64,000 nucleotides of DNA. Origin: Candidatus Dormiibacterota bacterium (GTDB taxonomy: Bacteria > Chloroflexota > Dormibacteria > Aeolococcales > Aeolococcaceae). Made by a program: the position numbers and the translations under genes. How positions within the stretch are numbered: the first letter of the stretch is position 1; every line of letters begins with the position of its first letter. Positions 18,924 to 29,929 of this stretch are shown in pieces. The stretch is taken from contig CAVPXI010000014.1 in assembly GCA_963709585.1 (NCBI GenBank), positions 32,001-96,000 on the forward strand. The letters run 5' to 3'. The notes beneath the pieces are model-generated. The model was not told where the DNA came from, did not search any database, and saw only the letters and a list, made by a program, of their open reading frames with translations.

Positions 18924-19442
18924 AGCACGCGTGCTTCACGCAAGAAGTCGTGTACGAGCCCGGATATCCTGAATGCCCGCCTCATCGATGACATCAACGG
19001 ACCGTCGGACGATGCCGACGCACGCTTCCCTGAATTCATCGAGCGCCGCGAAGTACGCCGCGCCCTTGAGGTCGGGGCGCACGGTGACCATGAGGTCCAC
19101 ATCGCTCTCGGCCCGAGCGGTGCCCCGCGCGACGGAGCCGACGACACGAACCTGCTGAATACCACGCGCTGTAGCGGCGGCACGGATCCTCCCGTTGAGG
19201 CGGCGCAGTTCCTCGGTCGACGGCGGGGTGGCAAGCCCGGGAATGATGGTCGTCGTCAAGGACCTCCCTGTGGCGGTGGCGAAGCGCTCGAGGAAGGACA
19301 GCGTGTGCGAGGGTCCGCTGCCGCTCTCGGCGCGTGCGATCACGGATTGGGTCGTCCCCATGCGTGCTGCGAGAGCAGCCTGGGAGAGCCCGGCGGCGCG
19401 CCGGTTGGCGCGGAGCGCCACGTAAAGCGGGTCATGCGGCAT
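18920..19442 (-). CDS. XRE-HTH fused to MNT nucleotidyltransferase antitoxin (frameshift near the 3' end)
   Basis: GLSQAALAARMGTTQSVIARAE HTH; GSVARG...SDVDL; tail ...FLREARVL in the neighbouring frame. Confidence 0.85.
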
Positions 19443-19450
19443 GGAGCCAG

Positions 19451-19468
19451 TATCGCATATTTGCGATA
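19451..19468. promoter_or_regulatory. Palindromic operator over the TA promoter
   Basis: TATCGCA-TATT-TGCGATA perfect 7-bp inverted repeat overlapping -10 GATACT, 6 nt before ATG. Confidence 0.7.
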
Positions 19469-19698
19469 ATCAGCGCCCGTAGGTTCTGGACTAGAAGCCG
19501 GGGCGAGATACCCAGGTGGCATCGATGTTCCGGCTCGCCCCTGGCGTTCGAAGGGCACGTCGCCACCGAAACCGACCTTTCCGAGGCTTAGTCCCGACCT
19601 GGGCCGTCCCTTTGATCTCCATCGACGGATTCCAATTGTGGGTATGCGGCTCCGTGGCTTACCGGCCGACCCCCCATCCAGGCTGAGAGACTCTGCCG

Positions 19699-20247
19699 AT
19701 GGCCGACGTTCCACCTGGACTCATCTTGCAATGGCTGACCGAACCGAGCATGGTCAACGCGCGTACGCGCCGTCAGCTTCTCAGCTGCTGGCGCGATGTC
19801 GTAAATGCCGGAGGGGCGGTCGGCTTTCCGTTCTTGCCGGTGGAGGACGCGCAAGTCCTGCCGGCAGTCGATGCCATGGTTGACTCGCTCAACCCGCTGG
19901 TCAACCGGCTACTGCTCGCGACCGTGGGCGAATCGTTGGCCGGTTGGCTGCTCTTGGCTGGCAACACGGCGAAGGTCACGGCTCACTGGGCGCGGGTGCT
20001 GAGAGTGCAGACCGCCATCGCTCACCGCGGGACGGGCATCGGCCGGAGCATGATGACTGAAGTGTCTCGCGCCGCTCGAGACGACATGGGCCTCCAGCAG
20101 CTGCATCTGGAGCTGAGAGCGGGCCTCGGATTGGAATCCTTCTACGGCGCCTGCGGCTGGCGGGAGGTCGGCAGATGGCCCGCTGCGCTGCGACTGAGCG
20201 AAGACGACTACCGCGACGAGGTGCTCATGGTTCTGAAGTTACAGTGA
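19699..20247 (+). CDS. GNAT family N-acetyltransferase
   Basis: NAGGAVGF, HRGTGIGRSMM acetyl-CoA motif, FY..CGWREVG. Confidence 0.9.
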   Translation: MADVPPGLILQWLTEPSMVNARTRRQLLSCWRDVVNAGGAVGFPFLPVEDAQVLPAVDAMVDSLNPLVNRLLLATVGESLAGWLLLAGNTAKVTAHWARVLRVQTAIAHRGTGIGRSMMTEVSRAARDDMGLQQLHLELRAGLGLESFYGACGWREVGRWPAALRLSEDDYRDEVLMVLKLQ

Positions 20248-20358
20248 TGGAGCTCGACACTATACGCTGCAGAGTAGTGGCGGCCACCATATAGTGTCGG
20301 CAATGGCAGCAACGTGAGTCGCCAGTCGTCTTACGTTGCAACCATTTGGGCGCCGCCG

Positions 20359-20406
20359 TCGGGGAGACAGGACTCGAACCTGCGACCCCTGGTCCCCCAG
20401 ACTAGT
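20359..20406 (-). repeat. att-like copy 2 of the tRNA-Pro 3' half
   Basis: 48 bp, one mismatch to 39629..39676. Confidence 0.95.
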
Positions 20407-20690
20407 CCTCGTTTCCGAGAGCGTAACCGAGTTCAGAATGTGTGGTTTCGTGGCGGATTGGTGGAATGACGACTAGTGCAGGTGCGATGGAATCGATTGG
20501 AATTCCGTCAACACACACGCACACGTACTGCACATTGCTTCCCTCCCCCTCCGCTCTGTACTTTGGGCACTCTGGCGGCCGTCGGGCGCGCCGAGCCTCT
20601 AAAGTCCATGAATCTGGTGACAGGACACTCGTGTGAGCGACGCGGCTGTCCTTCGAGATCTCTCGAGCCGTACCTGCGAATGTAGGTGAA

Positions 20691-21197
20691 CTATGGCGGC
20701 GCCGACCCGCGCTGACGGAAGCGCGCCGGCGGCTCGACGCCGATCGATGGAGGACCTTGCGCTTCTTCGTTCACGCACACATATGCGGTCAGCCACCACT
20801 CCTCTCGCACCTCGTCGATCTCTCCCTCACCAACAACAAAGCAGGTGTTGAGCCACCGATACGACTCCACCTCGGTAGTCAGTTCAATGCGGACTGTGAC
20901 CGCACGCCGACGCCCGCCTGCTTGCTCATCGACGCTCTGGCCATGGATGGAGATGAGAATGTCCTTGCCCTCCCTGGTAGTGAGGAAGCCACGGAGGTTC
21001 GGCGTCCAAACGCCGTCGTCCCGACGCCGAGGATAGTTGGCCCATATCAGCGTTCCTTCGATGTCGCCGGTTACTTCTCCCCCTCCGTGGCCGAAGCCAA
21101 GCGCTTCCTCGCCTCGCTCGGGACTTCCGCCATAGGGCTGGTGCCAGCTGGCGCGGGAGTACTGCATCGTGATCTTGCAGAGCGGTTCGATGCGCAT
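20691..21197 (-). CDS. DUF3237-like protein
   Basis: G..TGDIEG, YRWLNTCFVVGEG C-terminal signature. Confidence 0.6.
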   Translation of the reverse strand: MRIEPLCKITMQYSRASWHQPYGGSPERGEEALGFGHGGGEVTGDIEGTLIWANYPRRRDDGVWTPNLRGFLTTREGKDILISIHGQSVDEQAGGRRRAVTVRIELTTEVESYRWLNTCFVVGEGEIDEVREEWWLTAYVCVNEEAQGPPSIGVEPPARFRQRGSAPP

Positions 21198-21441
21198 CAA
21201 TGGACCCTCCTTCGTAACCCGTTGATCCTGCGCCTCACGTCCCATTGAAAGCAGCGAGCGAGCCTCGTGAGTGAATAGACATCGAAGTGAAGGCGACGAC
21301 ACCTTGCAACGAGCTTCGCCGCGAGCGGTGATCGCGAATACCACGAGTGCAACTGTCACCCCATCCCGCGTGGCGGATCCGAGCTGTACGCGGGTCGCGG
21401 AATTCGCTGGTAGTTCAGGCGCGGCTCACTTCCCCCGGTCT

Positions 21442-22059
21442 TCAGTCGGCCGAGGCCGTTGCATACGCCGGGCGCCCGCTAGGCCGATAGACCTGGATCA
21501 TTACCCCGCTCGGAGTGGACCGGGAGTCGATCAGCTCGAGCGCCGTGTCCGGGCCCCTGTCGGGGAATAGCCGCGTGCCCTGGCCGAGGATCACGGGGTA
21601 GGTGAGCAGGGTGATCTCGTCGACAAGCTGGTTGTCGAACAGCCAGCGGACGAGGCTACCGCTGCCGTGCACCTGCAGCTCACCCGCGGGCTTGGCTTTC
21701 AGGTCGCCGATGGCTGCCGCGACGTCTCCGGAAAGGACGGTCGTATCCGTCCATTGCGGGTCGGTGAGCGTGGTGGATGCCACGTACTTGGGCTTCGAGT
21801 TCAAGGCCCCCCCGATGGGACTCTGCCGCATCGCCTCAATTGCTCCCCAGGAGCCGGCAAAGGTCTCATAGGTCAACCGCCCGAACAGGAACGCGTCGGC
21901 GCGCTGCATGGACTCGGTGAGGAACGCAGTTGCCTCGTTGTCGAACAGCGGCCCGGCCCACCCGCCGCGCTCGAATCCGCCTCTGCGGTCCTCGTCTGTC
22001 CCGCCGAGCCCCTGCATCACTCCATCGACGGAGATGTGCGTGATGGTCGTCAGTCTCAT
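21442..22059 (-). CDS. Dihydrofolate reductase-like (RibD C-terminal) protein
   Basis: SVDGVMQ, LFGRLTYE, VHGSGSL, PVILGQGTRLF. Confidence 0.9.
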   Translation of the reverse strand: MRLTTITHISVDGVMQGLGGTDEDRRGGFERGGWAGPLFDNEATAFLTESMQRADAFLFGRLTYETFAGSWGAIEAMRQSPIGGALNSKPKYVASTTLTDPQWTDTTVLSGDVAAAIGDLKAKPAGELQVHGSGSLVRWLFDNQLVDEITLLTYPVILGQGTRLFPDRGPDTALELIDSRSTPSGVMIQVYRPSGRPAYATASAD

Positions 22060-22081
22060 GGGTTTCTTCCCCTTTTCCAAC

Positions 22082-22140
22082 TAGTTGAGCTTTCAACTAT
22101 GCGTTGTAGTGACATTACCAGATTTGATTGAAATGTCAAC
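22082..22140. promoter_or_regulatory. Two MarR-type palindromic operators in a divergent intergenic region
   Basis: TAGTTGA-GCTT-TCAACTA (22082..22099) and TTGA-AATG-TCAA (~22128..22139). Confidence 0.65.
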
Positions 22141-22171
22141 CAACAGGCGGAACTGCTGGTAGGCTGGGGAT

Positions 22172-22687
22172 ATGGCCGGGACCCGGTGGCTGAGCGAGGA
22201 CGAGCAGCGGACCTGGCGGACGTTCGTAATGGCCACCAAGCTGCTGTTCGATCAGCTGGAACAGGAGCTCGACGAGCAGACGGACGTTCCGAGTCACTAC
22301 TACGAGGTCCTGGCCCGCCTCGCGGAGGTCCCCCAGCGACGGCTGCGGATGAGCGACCTGGCCGACCTGTCCCAGTCGTCGCGCAGCCGGCTGTCCCACT
22401 CCATCGCCCGGCTGGAGTCGCTCGGCTGGATCCGGCGCGAGGCCTGTCAGACGGACCGCCGGGGAGCCTTTGCCGTGCTCACCGACGAGGGCTTCTCCGC
22501 CCTCGAGGCTGCCGCCCCGGTGCACGTGGAGGGTGCGCGCAGGCACCTGTTCGACCAACTCGACGTTGAGCAGCTCGAGGAGCTGCGGCGGATCAGCGAG
22601 CGAGTGCTCGAGCACCTGGTGGCCGTCAAAGAATTGTCCCCCGAGGAACTGGGACGGCTCGGCATGCCCCTCCAGCCACGCAGCTAG
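22172..22687 (+). CDS. MarR family regulator
   Basis: LRMSDLA...SRSRLSH...DRRG winged helix. Confidence 0.95.
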   Translation: MAGTRWLSEDEQRTWRTFVMATKLLFDQLEQELDEQTDVPSHYYEVLARLAEVPQRRLRMSDLADLSQSSRSRLSHSIARLESLGWIRREACQTDRRGAFAVLTDEGFSALEAAAPVHVEGARRHLFDQLDVEQLEELRRISERVLEHLVAVKELSPEELGRLGMPLQPRS

Positions 22688-22783
22688 CTATCGCCAGCCC
22701 ACGCCGGGATGAACACATCGCCCACAGCAATCGGGTCGAACGCGTGCCACTGAGAGCGCCTTTGGAATAGGCGTCGACGGCAC

Positions 22784-22814
22784 CGATGACTTGTTCCGCC
22801 ATGCGTCGTCTCTA
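22784..22814 (+). promoter_or_regulatory. SigG/ECF56-like promoter
   Basis: CGATGA-N18-GTCTCTA upstream of the DHFR-like gene. Confidence 0.55.
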
Positions 22815-22856
22815 CCGGTGATGAGATGGGACGTTACACACGGGGAGGTCAGTTGA

Positions 22857-23456
22857 ATGTCTAGATCTGTGCTCTATATGTCGATGTCACTTGACGGCTT
22901 TATCGCCGGCCCCAACGACCATTCGGGAAACCCCGGAGGCGACGACTTCATGCGTCTGCACCGGTGGTATGGGTTTGCCTCGGACGCTGGGCCGACCGCC
23001 GAGACCGTTGATGGGTCGGGGATTGGCCGGCAATTTCTCGATGAAGGCAACGAGACGGGTGCGGTCCTCGCCGGTCGCAATACCGTGGAGCAGGTCGATC
23101 ACTGGGGCGGCGACCACCACGACGGCGTTCCAATCTTCGTAGCCAGTCACAGGCCGCCGGGATCGTCGGTCGCGAAGTACCCATTGGTGACGTACGTGAC
23201 GGATGGGATCGTCAGCGCGATGTCACAGGCGAAGGCCGCTGCAGGTGCCCGCGACGTGCTGGTCCATGGTGCATACACGGCACAGACGGCACTTGCGGCA
23301 GACGTGCTCGATGAGTTGCAGATTCACCAGGTGCCGGTGCTGTTCGGTAGCGGCCGCCGACTATTCGACGTGTTGCCGACTAGGGTCGAGTTGGAGATCG
23401 TTCGAGTGATCGACACTCCAGAGGCCACGCACATCCGCTACCGCATTGTGAGGTAA
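22857..23456 (+). CDS. Dihydrofolate reductase-like (RibD C-terminal) protein
   Basis: MSLDGFIAGPND, VHGA, PVLFGSGRRLF. Confidence 0.9.
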   Translation: MSRSVLYMSMSLDGFIAGPNDHSGNPGGDDFMRLHRWYGFASDAGPTAETVDGSGIGRQFLDEGNETGAVLAGRNTVEQVDHWGGDHHDGVPIFVASHRPPGSSVAKYPLVTYVTDGIVSAMSQAKAAAGARDVLVHGAYTAQTALAADVLDELQIHQVPVLFGSGRRLFDVLPTRVELEIVRVIDTPEATHIRYRIVR

Positions 23457-23843
23457 TGCGGCACTTCGGATTGGATGTCGAGGAGAACCTGTGGGCACAG
23501 TAATGATGCCCCAACGTGGTGTCGGTGGACGGCTAATCGCCAACGGGCTGCGCTTGTTGCGACCAGCCTCAACTCGAGATCCGATGGCCCAAAACTTCAA
23601 TGCCGTCCTGGGATGGCACACCGCCTCACGCACACGTACATGAGACGTACAAGCTAGGTGCACAATGCGCGAGCTTTTATCATCCAGGTGACACAGGGCA
23701 AGGTGGAACCGACGATTGACGATCGTCTTCAGGCGCGGCGCTGACACGGCAGAGTATCCCGCGAGCCTCAGTGAGCAAGTGGCGGTCGAGTGTGGAACCG
23801 GGCACGTGATGTCACCCAATAGCTTGTGCACCACGGGGAGTTC

Positions 23844-24413
23844 ATGATTCACGATGAGCCCGACACCTACATCCTCTGGCACTGTGCCAGCCTCGCGAGC
23901 AGTGAATACGCGTCCGTGAGCAACCGGGACAATGGTCACCGTCTCCAGGGGTTGACGGTCATGCCACTCGAGTATCGTCCTTGTCACATCGACTACGCAG
24001 TTGCGGTCGACGCAGCCTGGTCGCCGAACTTCGTGACGGCCACCATCACCACACCAACTCAGATTCGAACTCGTCATCTCGAGCGCGATGCAAATGGGCA
24101 CTGGCGACTCGACGGGGAGGCAGCGGCTTACCTCGATGGATGCACCGATGTCGACCTTGGCTGGACGCCATCCACCAACACGGTTCCGATACGCCGCTTG
24201 GACCTTGCAGTAGGAGACACGGAAACTATAAGCGCCGCCTGGATGCGGTTCCCAGAGCTCGATGTCGTCGTGAGTTCACAGCGGTATACACGGCTCGCTG
24301 ATGACTGTTGGCGCTACCAATCGGGGCAATACGACTTCGCCTTGACCACCGACGTTGTGACCGGGCTGGTCTTGGCATACGGCGACGACCTCTGGCGCGC
24401 TGTCGCTCGATGA
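23844..24413 (+). CDS. Putative glycolipid-binding domain protein (DUF1089)
   Basis: LDGCTDVDLGWTPSTNTVPIRRL, QRYTRL. Confidence 0.85.
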   Translation: MIHDEPDTYILWHCASLASSEYASVSNRDNGHRLQGLTVMPLEYRPCHIDYAVAVDAAWSPNFVTATITTPTQIRTRHLERDANGHWRLDGEAAAYLDGCTDVDLGWTPSTNTVPIRRLDLAVGDTETISAAWMRFPELDVVVSSQRYTRLADDCWRYQSGQYDFALTTDVVTGLVLAYGDDLWRAVAR

Positions 24414-24564
24414 AACGCAGCTAGGCACCAGTGACGCCACGGCGCGCTAGGTTCACCGTCCTGCTTCTGGCCGCAGCCTGTCTGATCGCAAGAGAACGCT
24501 AGTCGATTCGCCGACCAAGAGATGCCGGTGGGACCTCGCCGCGAACTCGCATTGCGCGTCCGAG

Positions 24565-24612
24565 TCGGGCAGACAGGACTCGAACCTGCGACCCCTGGTC
24601 CCCCACACCAGT
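24565..24612 (-). repeat. att-like copy 3 of the tRNA-Pro 3' half
   Basis: 48 bp, two mismatches to 39629..39676. Confidence 0.95.
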
Positions 24613-25186
24613 GCTTATTTAGCTCCCACTAATCGAGGTCAGAAATAGTGGTTTCGTCGGAATTTGGTTGGAATGACTACCAGAGCAGGAGTGATGGATT
24701 CCCTTGGAATCGAGTGGACATCCAGAACGGGTGAGCTGCTTCTGCCGTGCCCACCACTCTCTCGACTTTGTACATTCTCGTCGACCAGCGGCGGCTAGAG
24801 CCGGTGGCGCGCGCCATCATCTGACAGGACGCTCGTCTGGTCGACGCTCGCCCCCATCTAGGCGGCCCACGGCGAAAGCTGGGGATCGAGCATGGAGCCT
24901 TATACGCTCGCCGGGTAGCCGGCACTGTCACGCACTTGAGGGCCGACCTCCCCGCTTATGGCGCAATCCGTCGCGCCACATCAGCGAGTGGTCCCTTCGT
25001 TCGGCGTGTTGCGGTCGGTAACACGGTTGGGGGATTCGTCGCTTGGGACCGCACGCCGGAACACGAAAGCCATTCTTATGGGCGCGCTCGCCCGCGTACG
25101 CTTCGCGTCGACGGTCAGGGCGCTCCCCAAAACTGCTCTTCCCGCCCTCCGTGAGCGCGCTCGACGCGCGCCCTGCGCGCGGCGCG

Positions 25187-25606
25187 TCAGCGTTCCGGGA
25201 CCAGGAGCAACGGAATGGTTGTCCGGGCCGCGACGTCAGCCGCAACGCTTCCAACGAACAGCCTCCCGAGATGGTGCGGCTTTGGGAGGCCGAGAATGAG
25301 GATGTCCGTTGTCGAATTGAGCCCTTCATGCACGACAGCTTGGGCAAGATTTTCCGCGCTGGTCGCACGCGTGGTCACGACGCGGGTCGTGACCCCCCGG
25401 CTACGCAACTCGGCGATTGCGTTGCCGACGGGCTCTCTCGGCTCAGTGTTGTCGTCAAGCCAGATCGCCGTGTCGACGTTGGTATTCAGCTCGTCGGCGT
25501 GGAAGATCTCGACCGTGGCGCCACTCGCTGCGGCGAGCTCGCCTGCGATCCTCGTTGCTTCGCTCGATGTGTCAACGTCGACAGCAAGTAGAAGGTGGCT
25601 GATCAT
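25187..25606 (-). CDS. Universal stress protein
   Basis: HLLLAVD...ILILG...GSVAADVAARTTIPLLLVP. Confidence 0.85.
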   Translation of the reverse strand: MISHLLLAVDVDTSSEATRIAGELAAASGATVEIFHADELNTNVDTAIWLDDNTEPREPVGNAIAELRSRGVTTRVVTTRATSAENLAQAVVHEGLNSTTDILILGLPKPHHLGRLFVGSVAADVAARTTIPLLLVPER

Positions 25607-27524
25607 TCGTCGTCTCCTTCGCGTGTTGTGGCCAGAAGGCGGTGGGAATGCACCGCATGGACGTGCGCCTGATCAATCTCCCACGCGGCATCGATCAATC
25701 CGACATGGCTGAACGCCTGGGGGAAGTTGCCAAGCAACTCCCCGGTCCGGCTGTCGATCTCCTCGGCGAGAAGCCCGACATCATTGGTGAGGCCCGAAAG
25801 CCGTACGAACAGAGCCTGAGCACGATCGATCTCCCCCACTCGGGCGAGACACGAGGCGAGCCAGAAGGAACAGATGACGAACGCGCCTTCCTTGCCGGCT
25901 AGCCCGTCAGCGTTGAGGCCCGCATCACTCCGATAGCGGAGCACAAGCCCATCTTCAGTGAGATCTCGAGCGATCGCCTCGATGGTGGCCTTCATCCGTA
26001 CGTCAGTTGCGGGCAGGAATCCGACAAGCGGCATGAGTAGGGCGGAAGCGTCGAGTTCATCGGAGTCGAATGCTTGGGCATAGGCGCCGCGTGCGCTACT
26101 CCAGCCGCGCGTCAGCACGGCGTCGCGAATGCGACTACGCTCGATTGCCCACGCGTCGGCCTTTGCGTACTCCCCGAGCTTTGGTGCGAGCCGCACGGCG
26201 CGGTCGAGCGCCGTCCAGCAGAGGACTTTGGAGGAAAGGTGGTGGCGAGGGTCACCACGCATCTCCCACATCCCCGCGTCGGGTTGCTCCCAACATCGCG
26301 CGGCCGCGTCGGCGAGTTCCCGCCGCGAACCGCTGGATTTCCGGGTGGAGGTCTCCAAGGCGAGCCTGGTAACGATGCAGCATGTCGAGCAGCTCGCCGT
26401 AGACGTCGAGTTGCGTCTGCACCCACGCGCCGTTGCCGACGCGCACCGGCTTTGAGTTGCGCCACCCGGCGAGGTGGGGCAACTCGCGCTCACTCAGGTC
26501 GTGCTCCCCACCGACCCCATACATGATCTGCAGTGAAGAGTCAGCCCCGGCACCCCCACCCGCCGAGCTGGTCATGAACGACACGAAGTCGGTGGCCTCG
26601 ACCGGACAGGTGCCGAGATAGAGCGCCTGCAAGGTGAGGCTCGCATCTCGTATCCACGCATAGCGATAGTCCCAGTTGCGCTCACCACCGACTGTTTCGG
26701 GCAGCGATGTCGTGGGTGCGGCGACCATTGCGCCGGTTGGACGGTATGTCAATCCCTTGAGGACTCGCGAACTGAAGCGTACGAGATCCCGATGCTTTCC
26801 CCGGTAGAGGTCATGCAGCGCCTCCCACGAGCGCCAGGATTCGAGCGTGTCAGCGATCCGCGCCTGAACGTCTGTCGCGGGAGTTGGCTGTGGCGCTGCG
26901 CTCTCGACCGCCGCCCAACGCAGCGAGAATCCGACGTTGTCGCCGGATCCCACCGGAAAGGTCGAGTGCATCGTCGCGCCCTCGATCGTGACTGGCACCG
27001 CCGAGTTGATCGCGAGCTGGTTGGGACCGCCAAAGGTCCGCCCGCCCTCCTGGGTCATGCGGAACAACGGCCGAACCAGCCCATACTCCGGTCGCGGCGC
27101 AAGCTCCATGATCATGTCAACTCGTCCGGACACACCCTCCACATTGCGCAGTACCTCATGCGGCGCACGCAGCCCGAGGTCGTGGCCGCGCTGCCCGGCG
27201 TCGGCGGCCATGATGTCGACGATCCGTACGGTGCCTGAAGTCGGTCACGAACGTCGTCTCCAACGCGAGCGTTGCCGGCAGGTAGCGCCGTTGCACTTGG
27301 AAGCTCGTCACCGGGCGGAGTGACCAGTGCCCAGCGCGAGGATCCAGGATGCGCGCAAAGACCGCTGGGCTATCGAAGCGGGGCAAGCACAACCAGTCGA
27401 TCGACCCCTCGCTGCTCACGAGCGATGCAGACGAGCAGTCGGACAGGAATCCGTAATCGGCGATCGCGATGCCGTTATCAGGAGCGGTGTCCGACGGGTC
27501 TGACGGCGGTGACGTCGAGGTCAT
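25603..27524 (-). CDS. Glycoside hydrolase family 15 (glucoamylase/trehalase-like); frameshifts near 27240 and 26320
   Basis: IDWLCLPRFDS, AAPTTSLPE..GGERNWDYRYAWIRD, QLDVYGE, LLAEE..LGNFPQAFSH spread over three frames. Confidence 0.85.
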
Positions 27525-27528
27525 TTGA

Positions 27529-28887
27529 CTACCGTGTCGCCGGGGCCTCGACCGGCGGGCGCCCCGCGAGGACCTGACGGCGCAGGGCTTTGAGCGTGGC
27601 GACGAAAATCTCTGAGAAGGTCGGGAACGGCTGGATGGTGTCGCGCAGCACGTCGAGCGTTACGCGGGCTCGAATGGCCAGCGTGGCCTGTTGGAGCCAC
27701 TCGCCTGCCTCGGGCCCCAGAGCGTAGGCTCCCGTCAGCCGGTCGCCATCGCTCAGGAGGGTCAGGAAGCCGTTGGATTGGGTGCGGGTGTACGTGGCCG
27801 TCTTGGCCACCTCGGAGAGTGCTGTCGTGGCGGTGAACCGGGCGTCGCTCGCGCCCACCGAAGCAGCTTGCGGGTCCGTGTAGACGACAGAGGGCATGGC
27901 CTCATAGTTCGCCTCGCGTGCCTCGCCAAGGATATTGGCAGCGACCACTTCGCCCTGGTACTTGCCCACGTGGGTCAGCAGGCGCACGCCAGTCACGTCA
28001 CCGATTGCCCACAGCCGCTCCCCGGCACGCAACTGGGCGTCGACCGGGATGCTGCCGTGCGCGTCGGCCTGGATACCAACCGTGTCGAGGCCGATTCCTT
28101 CCGATCGCGGACGTCTGCCCGTGGCGATGAGCAGTTCGTCGCCACGCAACTCGCGGCCGTCGCCGAGCGTCAGGACGTAGTTGTCGCCGTCGCGCCGGGC
28201 CGCCGTGACCTTGACGCCCAATATCACCTCGACACCATCACTGCGCAAGACTTCGCTGAGCGCCTCACCCAGCGGCGCCGCCTCGTGGGCCAGCACATGC
28301 GAGGCTCCCTCGACGAGAGCGACCTCGCCGCCGAGGCGTCGCACCGCCTGAGCCATCTCGACGCCGACCGGCCCGCCGCCGAGCACGAGCAGACGGCGAG
28401 GGACGGCCTTTATGCCAGTCACTCCGCGGTTGGTCCAGACGCCAGGCAACTCCGACAATCCCGGGATTGGTGGCATGACCGGATCAGATCCGGTCGCCAC
28501 GACTATGTGGTTGGCGGTATGACGCGCGCCATCCACCTCGACAACACCCACTCCGGCGAGTTGGCCAATACCGCGCAGCAGTTCAATGCTCTTGGATGCC
28601 AGCCAGCGCACCTGGCCGGCATCGGAGTAGTCGGAAACCATGTAATCGCGCCACGCGAGCGCCGCGGCAACGTCAACTTCGGCGCTTGCCGCCGCTTCGC
28701 GAGCCTCGTGAACCGCCTCCCCGGGGCGCAGCAGCGTCTTGGACGGGATACACGCCCAGTACGAGCACTCTCCACCCACCAGAGCTCGCTCCACAAGCGC
28801 AACCCGAAGGCCGCCGTCCGCCAGCTCACCCGCACAGTGCTCGCCCGGCGAACCGCCGCCTATGACAATGACGTCATAGCTGCTCAC
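27529..28887 (-). CDS. Pyridine nucleotide-disulfide oxidoreductase (LpdA/MerA-like class I)
   Basis: GGGSPG FAD motif, [13 protein letters not shown] redox disulfide, GGGPVGVE. Confidence 0.9.
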   Translation of the reverse strand: MSSYDVIVIGGGSPGEHCAGELADGGLRVALVERALVGGECSYWACIPSKTLLRPGEAVHEAREAAASAEVDVAAALAWRDYMVSDYSDAGQVRWLASKSIELLRGIGQLAGVGVVEVDGARHTANHIVVATGSDPVMPPIPGLSELPGVWTNRGVTGIKAVPRRLLVLGGGPVGVEMAQAVRRLGGEVALVEGASHVLAHEAAPLGEALSEVLRSDGVEVILGVKVTAARRDGDNYVLTLGDGRELRGDELLIATGRRPRSEGIGLDTVGIQADAHGSIPVDAQLRAGERLWAIGDVTGVRLLTHVGKYQGEVVAANILGEAREANYEAMPSVVYTDPQAASVGASDARFTATTALSEVAKTATYTRTQSNGFLTLLSDGDRLTGAYALGPEAGEWLQQATLAIRARVTLDVLRDTIQPFPTFSEIFVATLKALRRQVLAGRPPVEAPATR

Positions 28888-29069
28888 GTTCGCGCTGCCA
28901 GGCTACCCTCGCTGGAGCCCCCTGCCTGCTCCTTAACCATGTACTCCGCATACCAGTCCGGCCAATCCGGGTCCGGATGCCCAATCTTCGCTTCATGGCG
29001 GCCATGCGCGTCCGCCGCCCGTCGAAGGGCCGCAGCCAGATCGGCCGCGGAATCGTACGTCGTTGCCAC
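28884..29069 (-). CDS. Small conserved protein (usually the C-terminal extension of VOC proteins)
   Basis: [12 protein letters not shown]...[11 protein letters not shown] motif; RBS GGAGG. Confidence 0.7.
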   Translation of the reverse strand: MATTYDSAADLAAALRRAADAHGRHEAKIGHPDPDWPDWYAEYMVKEQAGGSSEGSLAART

Positions 29070-29155
29070 AGGTATACCTCCGTCTTTATCAAGAAACTGG
29101 GCTTGGTGACTCGCTCACCGCTGCCGCACTGGCCGGCAAGCAACCTCTGTCGCGC

Positions 29156-29599
29156 CTACCGCCCCGGACGGCGCGTGGTGACCTCTTGGATAAACCAGCG
29201 GTTGCCGTCGGGATCGCTAAACGAGGCAAACGAGCCGTAGCTTTTGTGTTCCGGCGCCGGACCAGACGCCCGTCCGTCAGTCCCTGAGTGGTGGAAGACT
29301 CCCCCCGCGTCGTGGAACACATCGCTCACATCGACTCCGCAGGCGGCCACCTCGCCGCGGGCCGCCTCGATATCCGTGACGACAAGTTGCATGCCCTCAG
29401 CTGATCCGGGCGCGGCCGAGGTCACCTCGGTGCCAAAGATCAGCGAGCATGACGAGCCCCGAGGCGTCAGCTGCACCACCCGAAAGCCACCTTCGCCAGC
29501 GACGTCGGCATCAAGCCGCCAACCTAGCGACTGATAGAAACGCTTGGCCCTGTCCACGTCGGACACCGGCACGACCACCACCTCAAGCTTCATGTCCAC
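29156..29599 (-). CDS. VOC/glyoxalase family protein
   Basis: MKLEVVVVPVSDVDRAKRFY...FSDPDGNRWFIQE. Confidence 0.9.
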   Translation of the reverse strand: MDMKLEVVVVPVSDVDRAKRFYQSLGWRLDADVAGEGGFRVVQLTPRGSSCSLIFGTEVTSAAPGSAEGMQLVVTDIEAARGEVAACGVDVSDVFHDAGGVFHHSGTDGRASGPAPEHKSYGSFASFSDPDGNRWFIQEVTTRRPGR

Positions 29600-29929
29600 C
29601 GCTGCACCTCCTCGTGCCTGAAGCCCGCAGCCATCACCTCGGTCAGCGGAGCTGGTTGTGGCGACACAATAGCCACCAGCCATCGCATGAGTTGAGGGCG
29701 CCGATCTACCGAGGTACTCGGCGGCCGGGTGGTCTTCGGCCCCGAACCCACCAATGTCACCCTCGGCAACAGCTTCATCATCATCAGTGGCGGTGGAGGC
29801 CCCACCGAGGATTCGCTCACAGTCACCCTTGAGACGCCAAGTAACCCGGGACCGGGTTAGCAGCTTCCTCAATCACCGTTCGACTAACCGATCGTGGGCG
29901 CAGTCCTGAATGGTCACGGTCGACGGGGC

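Noticed and set aside
18391-24612. Repeated 48-bp sequence as a CRISPR array or extra tRNA genes
   Set aside because: The copies are kilobases apart, match only the tRNA-Pro 3' half and lack the D arm and 5' acceptor strand; no cas genes are present
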